Part shown: positions 11,475-22,417 of the stretch, piece by piece | Numbering within the stretch: the stretch's first letter is position 1 | How the letters are laid out: the number at the start of each line of letters is the position of its first letter | Assembly: GCF_963676685.1 (NCBI RefSeq) | Contig: NC_092352.1 | Span: 6,076,001 to 6,140,000, forward strand | Length of the DNA stretch: 64,000 bases | Direction of reading: 5' to 3' | Source: Mytilus edulis | Lineage: Eukaryota | Program-made: the position numbers and the translations under genes | The notes under the pieces: model-generated | Databases searched by the model: none | What the model saw: the letters and a program-made list of their open reading frames with translations, nothing else | What the model was told of the DNA's origin: nothing

Positions 11475-11642
11475 AAGAAGATGTGGTATGATTGCCAATG
11501 AGACAACTATCCATAAGAGACCAAATGACACAGAAATTAACAACTACGGCCTTCAACAATGAGCAAAGCCCATACCGCATAAGTGGCAAGAAAAGATCCT
11601 GAAATGACAAATGTAAAACAATTCAAACGAGAAAATGAACGT
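11475..11642 (+). repeat. Interspersed repeat (aagatgtggtatgattgccaa.. family); other copies at ~40225-40390, ~39417-39470 and reverse at ~30160-30277
   Basis: Near-identical blocks gatgtggtatgattgccaa..cggccttcaacaatga..aaacaattcaaa at several positions. Confidence 0.7.
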
Positions 11643-12412
11643 CAATCTAATCCACTTATAAATGCTCTATAGAGTCATCTCTCATCTTGTTAACGCATAT
11701 CTTTTAAGTCAATGTGTGGTGTACGCAGTATTCACGAAAAACTGTTGGACCTACACGGCCGAAAGTATCTTTTTAACAATTTTTCATTTACATATGAATG
11801 TCTTCTAACTCCTCTAATTTTAGGAAAATTTTACAAGCCAAATATAATTTTACTTGACTGGACTATAGGGCTTATGGCAAATTTGCAGACTGTAATAGTA
11901 CGCCAATGAAACCGCAAACCAACGATACAAACATCGAGAGATGTTTATTTCATCTTCAAATGAGGTGCAGGTGTAAAGCAAAATTATATCAGGGTGAAAT
12001 TTGATCCGGAGGAAAAAATGTCACAGTAGTTGTTGTTATTTTTTTATCCGGAGGAAAATATTTCCCTGGGATATTTTTTCCTTTGCCGTGAAATTCTATC
12101 TGGGTAGTTAACTTATTGAAAAGTTATTAGAAAAAACTTATCAGCGAAATTGTTAAAAAAAAATATGAAATTATAATGGGAAATAATTTCACAAATTATC
12201 CTTGAAAAAATTTCCTGAAATATTCAAGTCAATATCATCCTTTTAAAAAGAAAATTATCATGAAACATAGGGAAGAAAACCAGAAGTAGTTGTGAAAATA
12301 ATATCATGATTAAATAAGGTTAGTGAAACACATGTAAAAGTGAGTTGTTTTCAGACCTCAGTACCAATATAAATTTAAAAGTAAGGTAGAAATATAGTTG
12401 CATTACTACTGT

Positions 12413-12426
12413 CATAGATATCTATG
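12413..12426. mobile_element. 14-bp palindromic P-type excision footprint
   Basis: CATAGATATCTATG flanked by the 7-bp direct repeat CTACTGT (12406-12412, 12427-12433). Confidence 0.6.
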
Positions 12427-13418
12427 CTACTGTTAACAGTAATAACAGAATTTGATTATGATGTGATGATATTTTTAACTATATAAATAGTTTTGTCTGG
12501 GGACAGAGATGTAGTTGTTGATAATATGGAAATCAGATAAATCATAACAACAATATACTGGAACAAAAGCATGTTTAACAGCTGGATAGTTTTTATACGA
12601 CCGCAAAATTTGAAAAATTTTCGTCGTATATTGCTATCATGTTGGCGTCGTCGTCGTCGTCCGAATACTTTTAGTTTTCGCACTCTAACTTTAGTAAAAG
12701 TGAATGGAAATCTATGAAATTTTAACACAAGGTTTATGACCACAAAAGGAAGGTTTGGATTGATTTTGGGAGTTTTGGTCCCAACATTTTAGGAATTAGG
12801 GGCCAAAAAGGGCCCAAATAAGCATTTTCTTGGTTTTCGCACTATAACTTTAGTTTAAGTTAATAGAAATCTATGAAATTTTGACACAATGTTTATGACC
12901 ACAAAAGAACGGTTGGGGTTGATTTTGGGAGTTTTGGTTTCAACAGTTTAGGAATTAGGGGCCAAAAAAGGGCCCAAATAAGCATTATTCTTGGTTTTCG
13001 CACAATAACTTTAGTTTAAGTAAATAGAAATCAATGAAATTTAAACACAATGTTAATGACTACAAAAGGAAGGTTGGTATTGGTTTTGGGAGTTTAGGTC
13101 CCAACAGTTTAGGAATTAGGGGCCAAAAAGGGACCCAAATAAGCATTTTTCTTGGTTTTCGCACCATAACGTTAGTATAAGTAAATAGAAATCTATGAAA
13201 TTTAAACACAAGGTTTATGACCATAAAAGGAAGGTTGGTATTGATTTTGGGAGTTTTGGTCCCAACATAATAAAGGGCCCAAAGGGTCCAAAATTAAACT
13301 TTGTTTGATTTCATCAAAATTGAATAATTGGGGTTCTTTGATATGCCGAATCTAACTGTCATGACTGTGTATGTAGATTCTTAACTTTTGGTCCCGTTTT
13401 CAAATTGGTCTACATTAA

Positions 13419-13556
13419 TGTTGATTGGCTATTTATGGCTTCAATATAATTCTATTGTCTATTCTAATGTCTTTACTAAACTATAAACTAAACCCACCAA
13501 GTAACATGTACCTGAAAATAATATAAACAAAATAATAGAAAACACAGTAGTTAACA
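13419..13556 (-). repeat. 3' LTR of the Copia element
   Basis: Direct repeat of 18114-18251; differs only at 13457 (g) vs 18152 (a). Confidence 0.95.
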
Positions 13557-13689
13557 ATCTAATCCTTTTCTCTTTTCACTAGAAATGTTAATGTCCAAAT
13601 AAAAATGAAAATGAAGGCAATTAAAATGTCATAGTATCAAGTATTTATCTGATCTTTCTTCTCCTTTTTTTTATTGTCAGTTGCACTAA

Positions 13690-15411
13690 TTACAAAAGGC
13701 TTGAATTCAAAAGTCCTTTTTCAAAACAACGTAAAATGTCTTGTCCAGAAGCACCATGCTTTGTAAGAACATTGGCGATTTGTTCATTTGTCTGAATCCA
13801 TTTTACTTCTTTAAGCTCTCCATCTTGAAGTAATTGCTTTATTGCATTGATCTCCACCCTCAATCTCTTTTCTCCAACAGGTTTATCAGAGTATATTGCA
13901 TGATAAAGGTCTTTGTTGTCAACGAAACAATCTACTGGAGTATGCATCAAATCGTTCTCATTATGCATTAATTCCTTAAACAGAGCTGCTAAAGATATAA
14001 CACAGTCCACACCATCAGCTAAGGCCAAGGCTTCACTTGCTAAAGTACTACGTACAACTCTTCTTAATTTCTTAGACTGCCAAGTGATTGGGTTCACTTT
14101 ACCATCATCGCCCATCAAAAACACAACATAACCACCCTGACTTCCACCATCTGGAAGATTTCCAAATGATGCATCACTGAACAAAATAAATTTCACATCA
14201 TGTCCAAGATTCTGGAATTGCAGTGAAACGGGATCGTTTTGCACCTTCCTAATTATTTTATTGACTTTCTTTAGATCTTCAATAGTGCTAGACTTAATTT
14301 TTTATGAAATAGCAGCAACATCAAACGCAATGTCTGGACGTGTTTGTCTTGCTAACCATAATAATTGTCCTATTTTTGACCTCAATAGTGTCTGTTCTGA
14401 TGATGAAAGAGGAGATGTTTTAACTCTGTCTTTATCTATTAAAACCGTCTTTAACATTCTGACATAGTCTTGCTGGCTGAGAACAATAGTTTCATTTTCT
14501 TGGCTGAGGTCAAGACCTAAATATTTGAAAGACTCACAGGATTCTTTCCCTACCTTGAACATATCCCTAATTCTGGACACAACACTTTTCTCAAAGGTAC
14601 TGGATCCTGCCCAAAGAAAGTCATCTACATGAACTGCTAGGACACCAGTCAAACCTTTTTCATTATACCAATAAAAAACTGCTGAATCAATTTTGGACAC
14701 TGTTCCTCCACAATCTAGCAATGTTGCTTTAACTTTTTCATACCACTTTAAGGATGCATCAACAAGACCATATACACATTTGTTAAGGCGCCAGACTTTA
14801 CCAGTTGCTTTAACTTCTTTAGGAGGTCTCAAGTAGACTTCTCTTTGCATTTTCTCTCCTTGAAGAAAAGCAGTTTTAATGTCCACAGAATTAATTGACC
14901 ATCTTTTACTAGCAATAATTGATAAAATTAGTCGTAGAGACTGCTTTTCACATGTTGGTGAATTCTTTGGTATCTCATCTAGACTGTCTTCTTCAAAACC
15001 TTTTGCTACCAATCTAGCTTTTCTATGAAATTCGTTCTCTAATTCTTTCATAGTGTAAACCCATCTTGTTGAAATACAGTTTTGACCATTGTCTTCAACT
15101 TCTTCAAAAACATTGTGCTTTCTCCAGTTATCCAGTTCTGCCTCTCTAGCCTCAGTAAAATCAATATCACTTAAAAGTACATCTTCATTCAAGTCATCTG
15201 ACTGGTTAACAACTTTCAAATCATTGACTGTTCTTAGATCAATTGATATCTGATCACCTCTCATATTTTCTGGCTGATTGTATTCTATATTATACCAGCT
15301 CTTTTTAACAGTTGTAGCCTTTCCTGCCCTGCCTAAAATTATTGCTTCTCTTGTGTCATTTTCACCAGGGATTTTAAAATCACTATCTGATCCTTCTTTA
15401 ATTTCATACAA
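13690..15411 (-). pseudogene. Copia pol: reverse transcriptase and RNase H, with in-frame stop at 14302-14304
   Basis: KARLVAKGF, DIKTAFLQG, VYGLVDAS, HVDD; RNase H FSDASF, SEALA, VDNK, QIANVLTK. ORFs 14302-15411 and 13690-14244 are in the same frame, separated by one TAA. Confidence 0.9.
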
Positions 15412-18092
15412 TCATTTTCCTGGGACTCAGGATTATGTTCCATACTTTCCTCATGTATATCATTATCTGCCTGATTTTCCAAATCCAAACTGTCTCTCCC
15501 TTCAGACTCAGGACCATCTTCACCATTCAAACTACCATTCAAGCTACCAGCATGACTATCATCTTGATCAGCACTTTCGTCTGCAGATTCTTCAACATTT
15601 TCTTGATTTTCATCATTCTCAGTATCATTTTGATGAGGCTCTTCATCGTCACTCTCATAGTATACTAAGTCATGATCTGGTTCAGTGTTGTTATATGTTG
15701 CAGCTTGAGGCTTACGCACATGAGTTGACTTTGCTGTATGCTTATGAATAATCTTTTGTTTTCTTTCAACATCAATGTCTCTTTTTATTCTACTTTCATG
15801 TACACGCACATATGTACCTCCATATCTTACAAAAACAACTACGTTATCTTGACCAATTACCCAGCCTGGTCCTTTCCACTGATTGTCTCGTAGGAAGAAA
15901 ACTTTGTCACCATTTTTGAATTTTTCTCCTGAAGGCCGGATTTGCTTACGTAGTGCCCTTCTTACTTTCTCAGAGGATTCTGCGGCAATAAATGCTTTTC
16001 TAGCTTCATGTAAGCCAACTAAATGCTTTCCCATAACATTACTAATTGTTGTACCTTCTAATGCAGGAGGCTTGTTAACTATAGACGATGGCATGTTTGG
16101 GTTCCTTCCAAAAACTATTTGATATGGACTGTAGCCATAGACATTCAACAAACTGACTCTGTTCTTAGCATGAACTGCCCAACTGACGGAAGTCTCCCAT
16201 GAAAGGTTAGAGCTTTCTCTCATTTTATTGATTGTTTCTGTAAGCGTTGCGTTGTGTCTTTCCACTACACCATTGGACCAAGGACTATATCCTGCTGTTG
16301 TTTTAACTGACATGTTCAAGTTTTCTGCCATGTCTCTAAATATCTGTGAATTAAATTCACCTCCATTATCTGTGTAAACACCAACTTCAGGTGCACCATA
16401 AACGCCAACCCATATCTGCATGAACTTATCTACAATGACTTTAGAGTCCTTTCTTCTGATGATTGCAGCTGCACTCAATCTGCTAAATAAGTCAATAACA
16501 TGTAGATAATAAAAGTTATGGTCAATTTCATGAAGGTCCATTGCCACAATTTGATTGAAATCATTTGCATGTGAAAAGGCAACCACTGGTTTAGCTTTTG
16601 GATGCTTGAACTTATGGCAAATTAAACACTTTGTGCAGATATCTTTAAGAATGGTCTTTGTTTCAGAATCAACAGAACCAGTACTTTGCAACAGGGATAA
16701 AAGTTTATCTGATGATGCATGTCCAAACTGCTTATGCAACTTTAAAAGAATCTCCTTTTTCTTCTTAAAAGATAATTTTGTGTCAATGATCAAAACCTCC
16801 TCACTCTCATTCTTATTTCTGTTTGTGAATTGCTTGTCTTTAATGTTGATACAGTAATGACCACTTGAAGTTAGGTTTACATCCACTAATTGTCCAAACA
16901 TGGTAACCTTGTCATTTCTGAGATCTAGGATAGTGCTTGCTCTTTTCAGAGAGGTTTTACTTAATAATAACGGTATTTCACAATCCACCACTTCTGTTTC
17001 AATTGAGCACTTAACTGATCCAATAAGTGCTGGAATTTTCACTTTCTGATATGAATATACTGTTTGTCCATCACCAAATTTGAATGGTACATGACTTTCA
17101 TTACAAGTAAGTTGATCAAGTCCTGGATCAAGTGATTCTACAAATTCGTATAACCATTTAGAACCACACACTGTCTTGGAACATGCAGTATCAATAACTG
17201 CAGCATTGTAGGCTTCTGCGACAAACACTGTTAGAGGTTTAAATTCTTGTGCGGAGGTAAATAATGTTATATTTACAATTTCATTTAACTCATCACTCTC
17301 ATGTTCTGTTAAATTCACATCTAGCTGCTTGTGAGGACAATCCTTGACCCAATGAAATTTGGAATCACATATTTTACATCTTGAGACATTTCCATTAAAG
17401 ACTGGATTCATTTTAGTCTTAAGTCTACTAGAGTTGGTTGATCTATCAGCTCGATTACGAGGAAAATTTCTTCTTGAACTTCGACCTCTCTGATAATACC
17501 CATCACTGACAAAAGCTGATTCTTCTTTAACAGTTACAACAGAGTCTTGTTCTCCAGGAAAATTTTGAGATTTTGATGCAAATATCCTATTCAAAGCAGA
17601 TTTCATTGTGTCGAATTTAAGGTCAGAACATGCAGTTAATGCCAGCTGACGATTACTTTGACTTAAACCAGCATTGTCAAGAAGTTTAAAAGCTAGAATT
17701 GCATCTGGGAGTACCATTTCATATTTCTTACATTTATTGTATCTCTGCTCAAACTCAATGATATAATCAGACATGCTTACATCATCTATTCTGTGGAACT
17801 TATCAAATACAGTATATGCAGCATAAGCCTGATCTATTTTATCCTTCTCAAAAAGCTTGTCCAACTCAGTTATCAGCTTATCTACTCCTTCATCAACATT
17901 TAAATCAGTGGGATCTACTTCTAGGGCTACTTCCCTTGGTTTTCCTTGTAGCGACAAAGCTAAAGCCAAACCTCTCTTCTTCTTGTCAAGATCTGTCACG
18001 AGTTGCCACATTTTAACTTCATTTTTCCATTGTTGATAACTTTCATCTTTGGTCAAACCTGGTGGGTTCTTGTAACTAGGTGCTGTTGCCAT
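15339..18092 (-). CDS. Copia gag-protease-integrase polyprotein (frameshifted from RT near 15380)
   Basis: Zinc knuckle CKICDSKFHWVKDC, protease VIDTAC, HHCC (HKQFGH..CLIC), DDE (MDLHE, TDNGGEF, VERHN); ATG at 18092 just after the PBS. Confidence 0.9.
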   Translation of the reverse strand: MATAPSYKNPPGLTKDESYQQWKNEVKMWQLVTDLDKKKRGLALALSLQGKPREVALEVDPTDLNVDEGVDKLITELDKLFEKDKIDQAYAAYTVFDKFHRIDDVSMSDYIIEFEQRYNKCKKYEMVLPDAILAFKLLDNAGLSQSNRQLALTACSDLKFDTMKSALNRIFASKSQNFPGEQDSVVTVKEESAFVSDGYYQRGRSSRRNFPRNRADRSTNSSRLKTKMNPVFNGNVSRCKICDSKFHWVKDCPHKQLDVNLTEHESDELNEIVNITLFTSAQEFKPLTVFVAEAYNAAVIDTACSKTVCGSKWLYEFVESLDPGLDQLTCNESHVPFKFGDGQTVYSYQKVKIPALIGSVKCSIETEVVDCEIPLLLSKTSLKRASTILDLRNDKVTMFGQLVDVNLTSSGHYCINIKDKQFTNRNKNESEEVLIIDTKLSFKKKKEILLKLHKQFGHASSDKLLSLLQSTGSVDSETKTILKDICTKCLICHKFKHPKAKPVVAFSHANDFNQIVAMDLHEIDHNFYYLHVIDLFSRLSAAAIIRRKDSKVIVDKFMQIWVGVYGAPEVGVYTDNGGEFNSQIFRDMAENLNMSVKTTAGYSPWSNGVVERHNATLTETINKMRESSNLSWETSVSWAVHAKNRVSLLNVYGYSPYQIVFGRNPNMPSSIVNKPPALEGTTISNVMGKHLVGLHEARKAFIAAESSEKVRRALRKQIRPSGEKFKNGDKVFFLRDNQWKGPGWVIGQDNVVVFVRYGGTYVRVHESRIKRDIDVERKQKIIHKHTAKSTHVRKPQAATYNNTEPDHDLVYYESDDEEPHQNDTENDENQENVEESADESADQDDSHAGSLNGSLNGEDGPESEGRDSLDLENQADNDIHEESMEHNPESQENDCMKLKKDQIVILKSLVKMTQEKQ

Positions 18093-18113
18093 CTTTATAA
18101 GCTCTGCTACCAC

Positions 18114-18251
18114 TGTTGATTGGCTATTTATGGCTTCAATATAATTCTATTATCTATTCTAATGTCTTTACTAAACTATAAACTAAACCCACCAAGTAAC
18201 ATGTACCTGAAAATAATATAAACAAAATAATAGAAAACACAGTAGTTAACA
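18114..18251 (-). repeat. 5' LTR of the Copia element
   Basis: Adjacent to the PBS; direct repeat of 13419-13556. Confidence 0.95.
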
Positions 18252-20118
18252 ATTAAGGTCCAAAGGGTCCAAAATGAAACTTAGTTTGATTTTGACAAAA
18301 AAATGAATCAGTTAGGTTCTTTGATATGCTGAATCTAAAAATATACTTAGATTCTTGATTATTGGCCCAGTTTTCAAGTTGGTCCAAATCGGGGTCCAAA
18401 ATTAAACTTTGTTTGATTTCATCAAAAATTGAATAAATGGGGTTCTTTGATATACCAAATCTAACTGTGTATGTAGATTCTTCATTTTTGGTCCTGTTTT
18501 CAAATTGGTCTACACTAAAGTCCAAAGGGGCCAAAATTAAACTTAGTCTGATTTTAACAAAAATTGAAATCTTGGGGTTCTTTGATATGCTGAATCCAAA
18601 AATGTACTTAGATTTTTTATTATGGGCCCAGTTTTCAAGTTGGTCCAAATCAGGATCTAAAATTATTATATTAAGTATTGTGCAATAGCAAGTCTTTTCA
18701 ATTGCACAGTATTGCGCAATGGCAAGAAATATCTAATTGCACAATATTGTGAAATAGCAAATTTTTTTTTAATTAGAGTTATCTTTCTTTGTCCAGAATA
18801 GTAAGCAAGAAATATCTAATTGCAAAATATTGTGCAATAGCAAGATTTTTTTTTAATTGGAGTTATCTTTCTTTGTCCAGAATCAACTTAAATCTTTGTT
18901 ATATACAATATACAATGTATATTCACTTTTTACTACCAACTGATAAATTAAAATAATCTTTACCATTCAGTGATAACAAGCAGTTTTTTTACATCTTAAT
19001 ATTTTATGATGTATTTAAATGAGTAGTTATTGTTGCAAACTCCATCAGAAATTTTAATTGAGATTAGTTTTGGAATAAGGGAAAGGGGGATGTGATTAAA
19101 AAAATTGGGTTCAAGTTTTCTCATTTGAAATTTCATAAATAAAAAAGAAAATTTCTTCAAACATTTTTTTGAGAGGATTAATATTCAACAGCATAGTGAA
19201 TTGCTCTAAGAGAAAACAAAATTTTAAGTTCATTAGCACACATTCATTCTGTGTCAGAAACCTATGCTGTGTCAACTATTTAATCACAATCCAAATTTAG
19301 AGCTGAATCCAGCTTGAATGTTGTGTCCATACTTGCCCCAACCGTTCAGGGTTCAACCTCTGCGGTCGTATAAAGCTACGCCCTGCGGACCATCTGGTTA
19401 CCTGTGAAATGTTATGTCTTATTATATCAAGTTGTAAGTCATCTTTTTATATAAATGAATATATAAAAAATAAGATTCAAGGAAAAATTTCACTATAAAA
19501 TAGATTCAGAAATATATTATATTAAATATCTTTAAAATATAAATTGCTCATAATTACCTCCCTTTGATAAATTATGCAAATTTGGTCTACCTTATAATTA
19601 TAGTCCGATATTGATTGTGAGTAACTTACATAGTAGTTAATGGGACTCTATTTCACACGGTTCTGTGAAATATAGTACAGCAAATATATACCAGTACATA
19701 CTATCCGCATAACACAGCTAAATAGATTTTCACTTCTCTGGAAAAAATCAACCTGTGAAATACCATGCTTGGAAAAAAATTACCTGGACAAATTATCCTC
19801 AGGATAAAAATCACAGAGGAAGAAATAAACTGTTACACTGGTACCATCTTTTAATTTAAAGAATCAAGATAGACTAAATATAATGAGCTTTTGCTTCGCT
19901 ATAAATATCATTTTATTTTATTTTTGTTTCCCTCAATCTATGTTAGTTAATTGATATGTGTTTAAAGCACTTTCAGCACTTTTGGCTATATCTGAGTCGA
20001 GCAAACCGGGCCACCAGGAAACACAGAAATTGAACAACTTAAACCACGCCAATGGGAGGCCCTTACTGTTGAACCATGCGATATTCTGTATGTGCCTGTG
20101 AAGTTTCAGTGAATACGA

Positions 20119-20350
20119 TTTTTATGTCCGATTTATGGGCATTATGTTTTCTGGTCTGTGCGTCCGTCTGTCCCGCTTCAGGTTAAAGTTTTTGATGAAG
20201 TTGAAGTCCAATCAACTTGACAATCAGTATACATGTTCCTTAAGATATTGTAATGCCAAATTTAGAGTTTTTATCCCATTTTCACGGTCAACTGAACATA
20301 GAAAATGATAATGCGGATGGGGCATTCGTGTACAAGAGACACATTCTTTT
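20119..20350 (+). mobile_element. Short decayed HINE-like family C copy (related to 60928-61387)
   Basis: gggcattatgttttctggtctgtg, gtcc-like microsatellite, one core unit, 3' ggggcattcgtgtac..acacattctt. Confidence 0.65.
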
Positions 20351-20823
20351 TTGTTCATAAATAAGGCAGTTACTTTTCAGGTTTGATTAGTCAGCAACCA
20401 TTTGATTTTCTGGCGGAGGCTATGGATTTTTTTGGAAAAAAAAGTTTGTTTCCAGTTTTTGGAGAAAAAAAGTTGTTTGGTTCACCCTCAGCTGCCACTA
20501 TCTGTAATGATTTGTCGCCAAAAAAATAGATTGTCTTTCGCCAAAAGCGAAAAAAAAGTTTGCCCAGAAAAAAATCCATTTTCTTGTCTACTCCGTTCAT
20601 TTAAACTCTCATTTTAAGATCGTGTTTATCCTTTTATAGTCTTATTTATAATTGCAAACTATTACGATCCAAAATATTTAGGTGTACAGTAACACTTCCT
20701 GTCAAGGTCGTTAAACCGCTTTGCACGTAGAAACTTTAGAAAGCTAGATATATATATATATATTCAGTATAATCACTCTCCCCTGGAACTTGCATTTGCT
20801 AGACCATCAGAATAAATCCACAC

Positions 20824-21568
20824 GTCAGAGACTAAGCTTGTTAAATACTACAGAAAGTTAAACACGAACAACGCCAACTGGAAAACGAAAAAGAATACCC
20901 GCCGTTATCCTGTCGGACAGCAAAGGATTCTCCCTACGAAATAACATTGTAGAACAGTTTGACAATAATATTGTATGGTGGTGTAAACAATCAGTCAAAA
21001 TCGAGCAAAGTTATAGCTGGCTAAAAAGAATATTGCCAACAAAATTATATCAGCTTGGAGATATTGCCCTCTACGTCTGGCTAGGTACATGCAACCTTGC
21101 TACAAAAACTCCAGACACAAAATATATAAACCTTACATCAGAAGAAACAAGCTCCATTGAACATATAACAAAACATCTGGAAAACTTAAAAAAACTTATT
21201 GCTGAATATCCACAGGTCAAACTTACATTTCTAGAAATTCCAGTATATTCTATCAAGTCCTACAACCAACATCAAGGACATACTGAACCAGAGACTAATA
21301 TTTAAAGATCTAGACAAAGCATTAGCAGAGCAAATACATATTGTTAACTAAGAGATTCGAAATCTAAACCAGTCAATAAATACACACTCTCCAAATTTCT
21401 CCGTATTCTTAAAAGCCAGATCACAACACCGCACTCGGTCATATAGAGATATTTGGGAACACTTTAACTTCAGCCTTTATACAGACGGCATCCACCCTAG
21501 TCAATATCTAGCCCAAGTCTGGCTACGAGAAATTGCAAAACGCATCAAAATTGATTGCTGGGAATAAG
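20824..21568 (+). pseudogene. SGNH/GDSL esterase-like ORF (frameshifted), probably the 5' ORF of the RTE-X-like LINE
   Basis: Block I VILSDSKG, block III VWLGTCN, block V YTDGIHP, recovered across frameshifts. Confidence 0.65.
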
Positions 21569-21860
21569 ATTAACTTGAAAACTCCATTGATAAATAGTTG
21601 CTGTTGTAGTCTGCATGGAATGCCAAGCTAACCTACACAGCAACTAGCTATTAAACAACAAATTACAATTGCCAACCTACATCAATATTCACATCAATTA
21701 TTTCAGATCATTTACCTAACACCGCCAATATCTATTACATATTGAGATAAGCTATCTATTACCGCTTACACTCTAATACTAATATTATACTAAATTATAT
21801 GTGCAGTCTGCCTGGAATGCAAGTTAACTAGCACAATAATTAATAACAGTATACTATATA

Positions 21861-22390
21861 TATTTATTAACCAACTAAGTACATTATTGCCAAAAATGAC
21901 TGGTTATTAAAAATAACATATTTTCTGTAATGGCTCTGTTTTTTCTGTAATGGCCCTGTTTTTTCTGTAATAGTCCTGTTTTTCTGTAATGGCCCTGTAT
22001 TAATGCCCGGTTTGTCTGTATAAAGCACAGTTAGGGTTTTTAATAAAGTTAATAAAATTAAGTTGTAAAGAATATAATACTTTTTGTATTTTATTTTATT
22101 TAGTAACCAGCAACCAACATTAAAGAACCATATATAGGGATCACTGTTCCTTCTGTTTTTCAACACATAACTTCTGTTAACTTAATATCTTGGATATTTG
22201 GTATATTAACACATACACTTTTATTCAGTTGGTTAATAAATGTATTAAGAAATGGGTGTTTTTATAATGGCCCTGTTATATGTCCGAGGTCTGTTATAAT
22301 GGTCGAGGAAGTCTGTAATGGCCCGAGGCAACACCGAGGGCCATTACAGACATCCGAGGCCATTATTACTGACCGAGGATTAATACTATA
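21861..22390. mobile_element. Unclassified non-autonomous element with ctgtaatggccct repeats and a terminal hairpin (second copy 26288-26817)
   Basis: 15-bp IR atttattaaccaact/agttggttaataaat, ~19-bp tandem repeats at 21920-22000, hairpin tctgtaatggccc..gggccattacaga at ~22312-22350. Confidence 0.5.
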
Positions 22391-22417
22391 ATAATAGCAG
22401 GCGAATCAATTTATAGC

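Larger units (their letters stand above)
13419..18251 (-). mobile_element. Ty1/Copia LTR retrotransposon, GalEa-type, full length with internal lesions
   Basis: 138-bp TG..CA LTRs at 13419-13556 and 18114-18251 (1 mismatch), 5-bp TSD ATTAA (13414-13418, 18252-18256), PBS TGGTAGCAGAGC (18101-18112, minus), purine tract next to the 3' LTR, domain order gag-PR-IN-RT-RH. Confidence 0.95.
12590..19399 (+). mobile_element. HINE-like family A copy 2, interrupted by a Copia element
   Basis: 5' tttttatacgaccgca, (GTC)n, ~160-bp array 12700-13280; the second array resumes at 18257; 3' tgcggtcgtataaag..ctggtt at ~19361-19399. Confidence 0.85.

Noticed and set aside
12700-13400. Regular repeats that might suggest a CRISPR array
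   Set aside because: Units are contiguous diverged tandem monomers inside a eukaryotic mobile element, with no unique spacers and no cas genes.
15339-15411. Programmed ribosomal frameshift between Copia IN and RT
   Set aside because: A single-base deletion in ..KDQIV-x-FKIPGEND explains it, the element has other lesions, and this is not a known recoding position in Copia elements.
16150-16165. Apparent 6-nt insertion (RV) in integrase AKNRVSLLN as an excision scar
   Set aside because: No clean duplication pattern and no sister copy in the window for comparison.
13913-18016. Plus-strand ORFs overlapping the Copia pol
   Set aside because: Antisense shadows of a long coding region with no recognisable domains.
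18253-18688. ORFs within HINE arrays (also 36598-36948, 56075-56799, 55600-55794)
   Set aside because: Chance frames in satellite and microsatellite sequence; not conserved as ORFs between copies.
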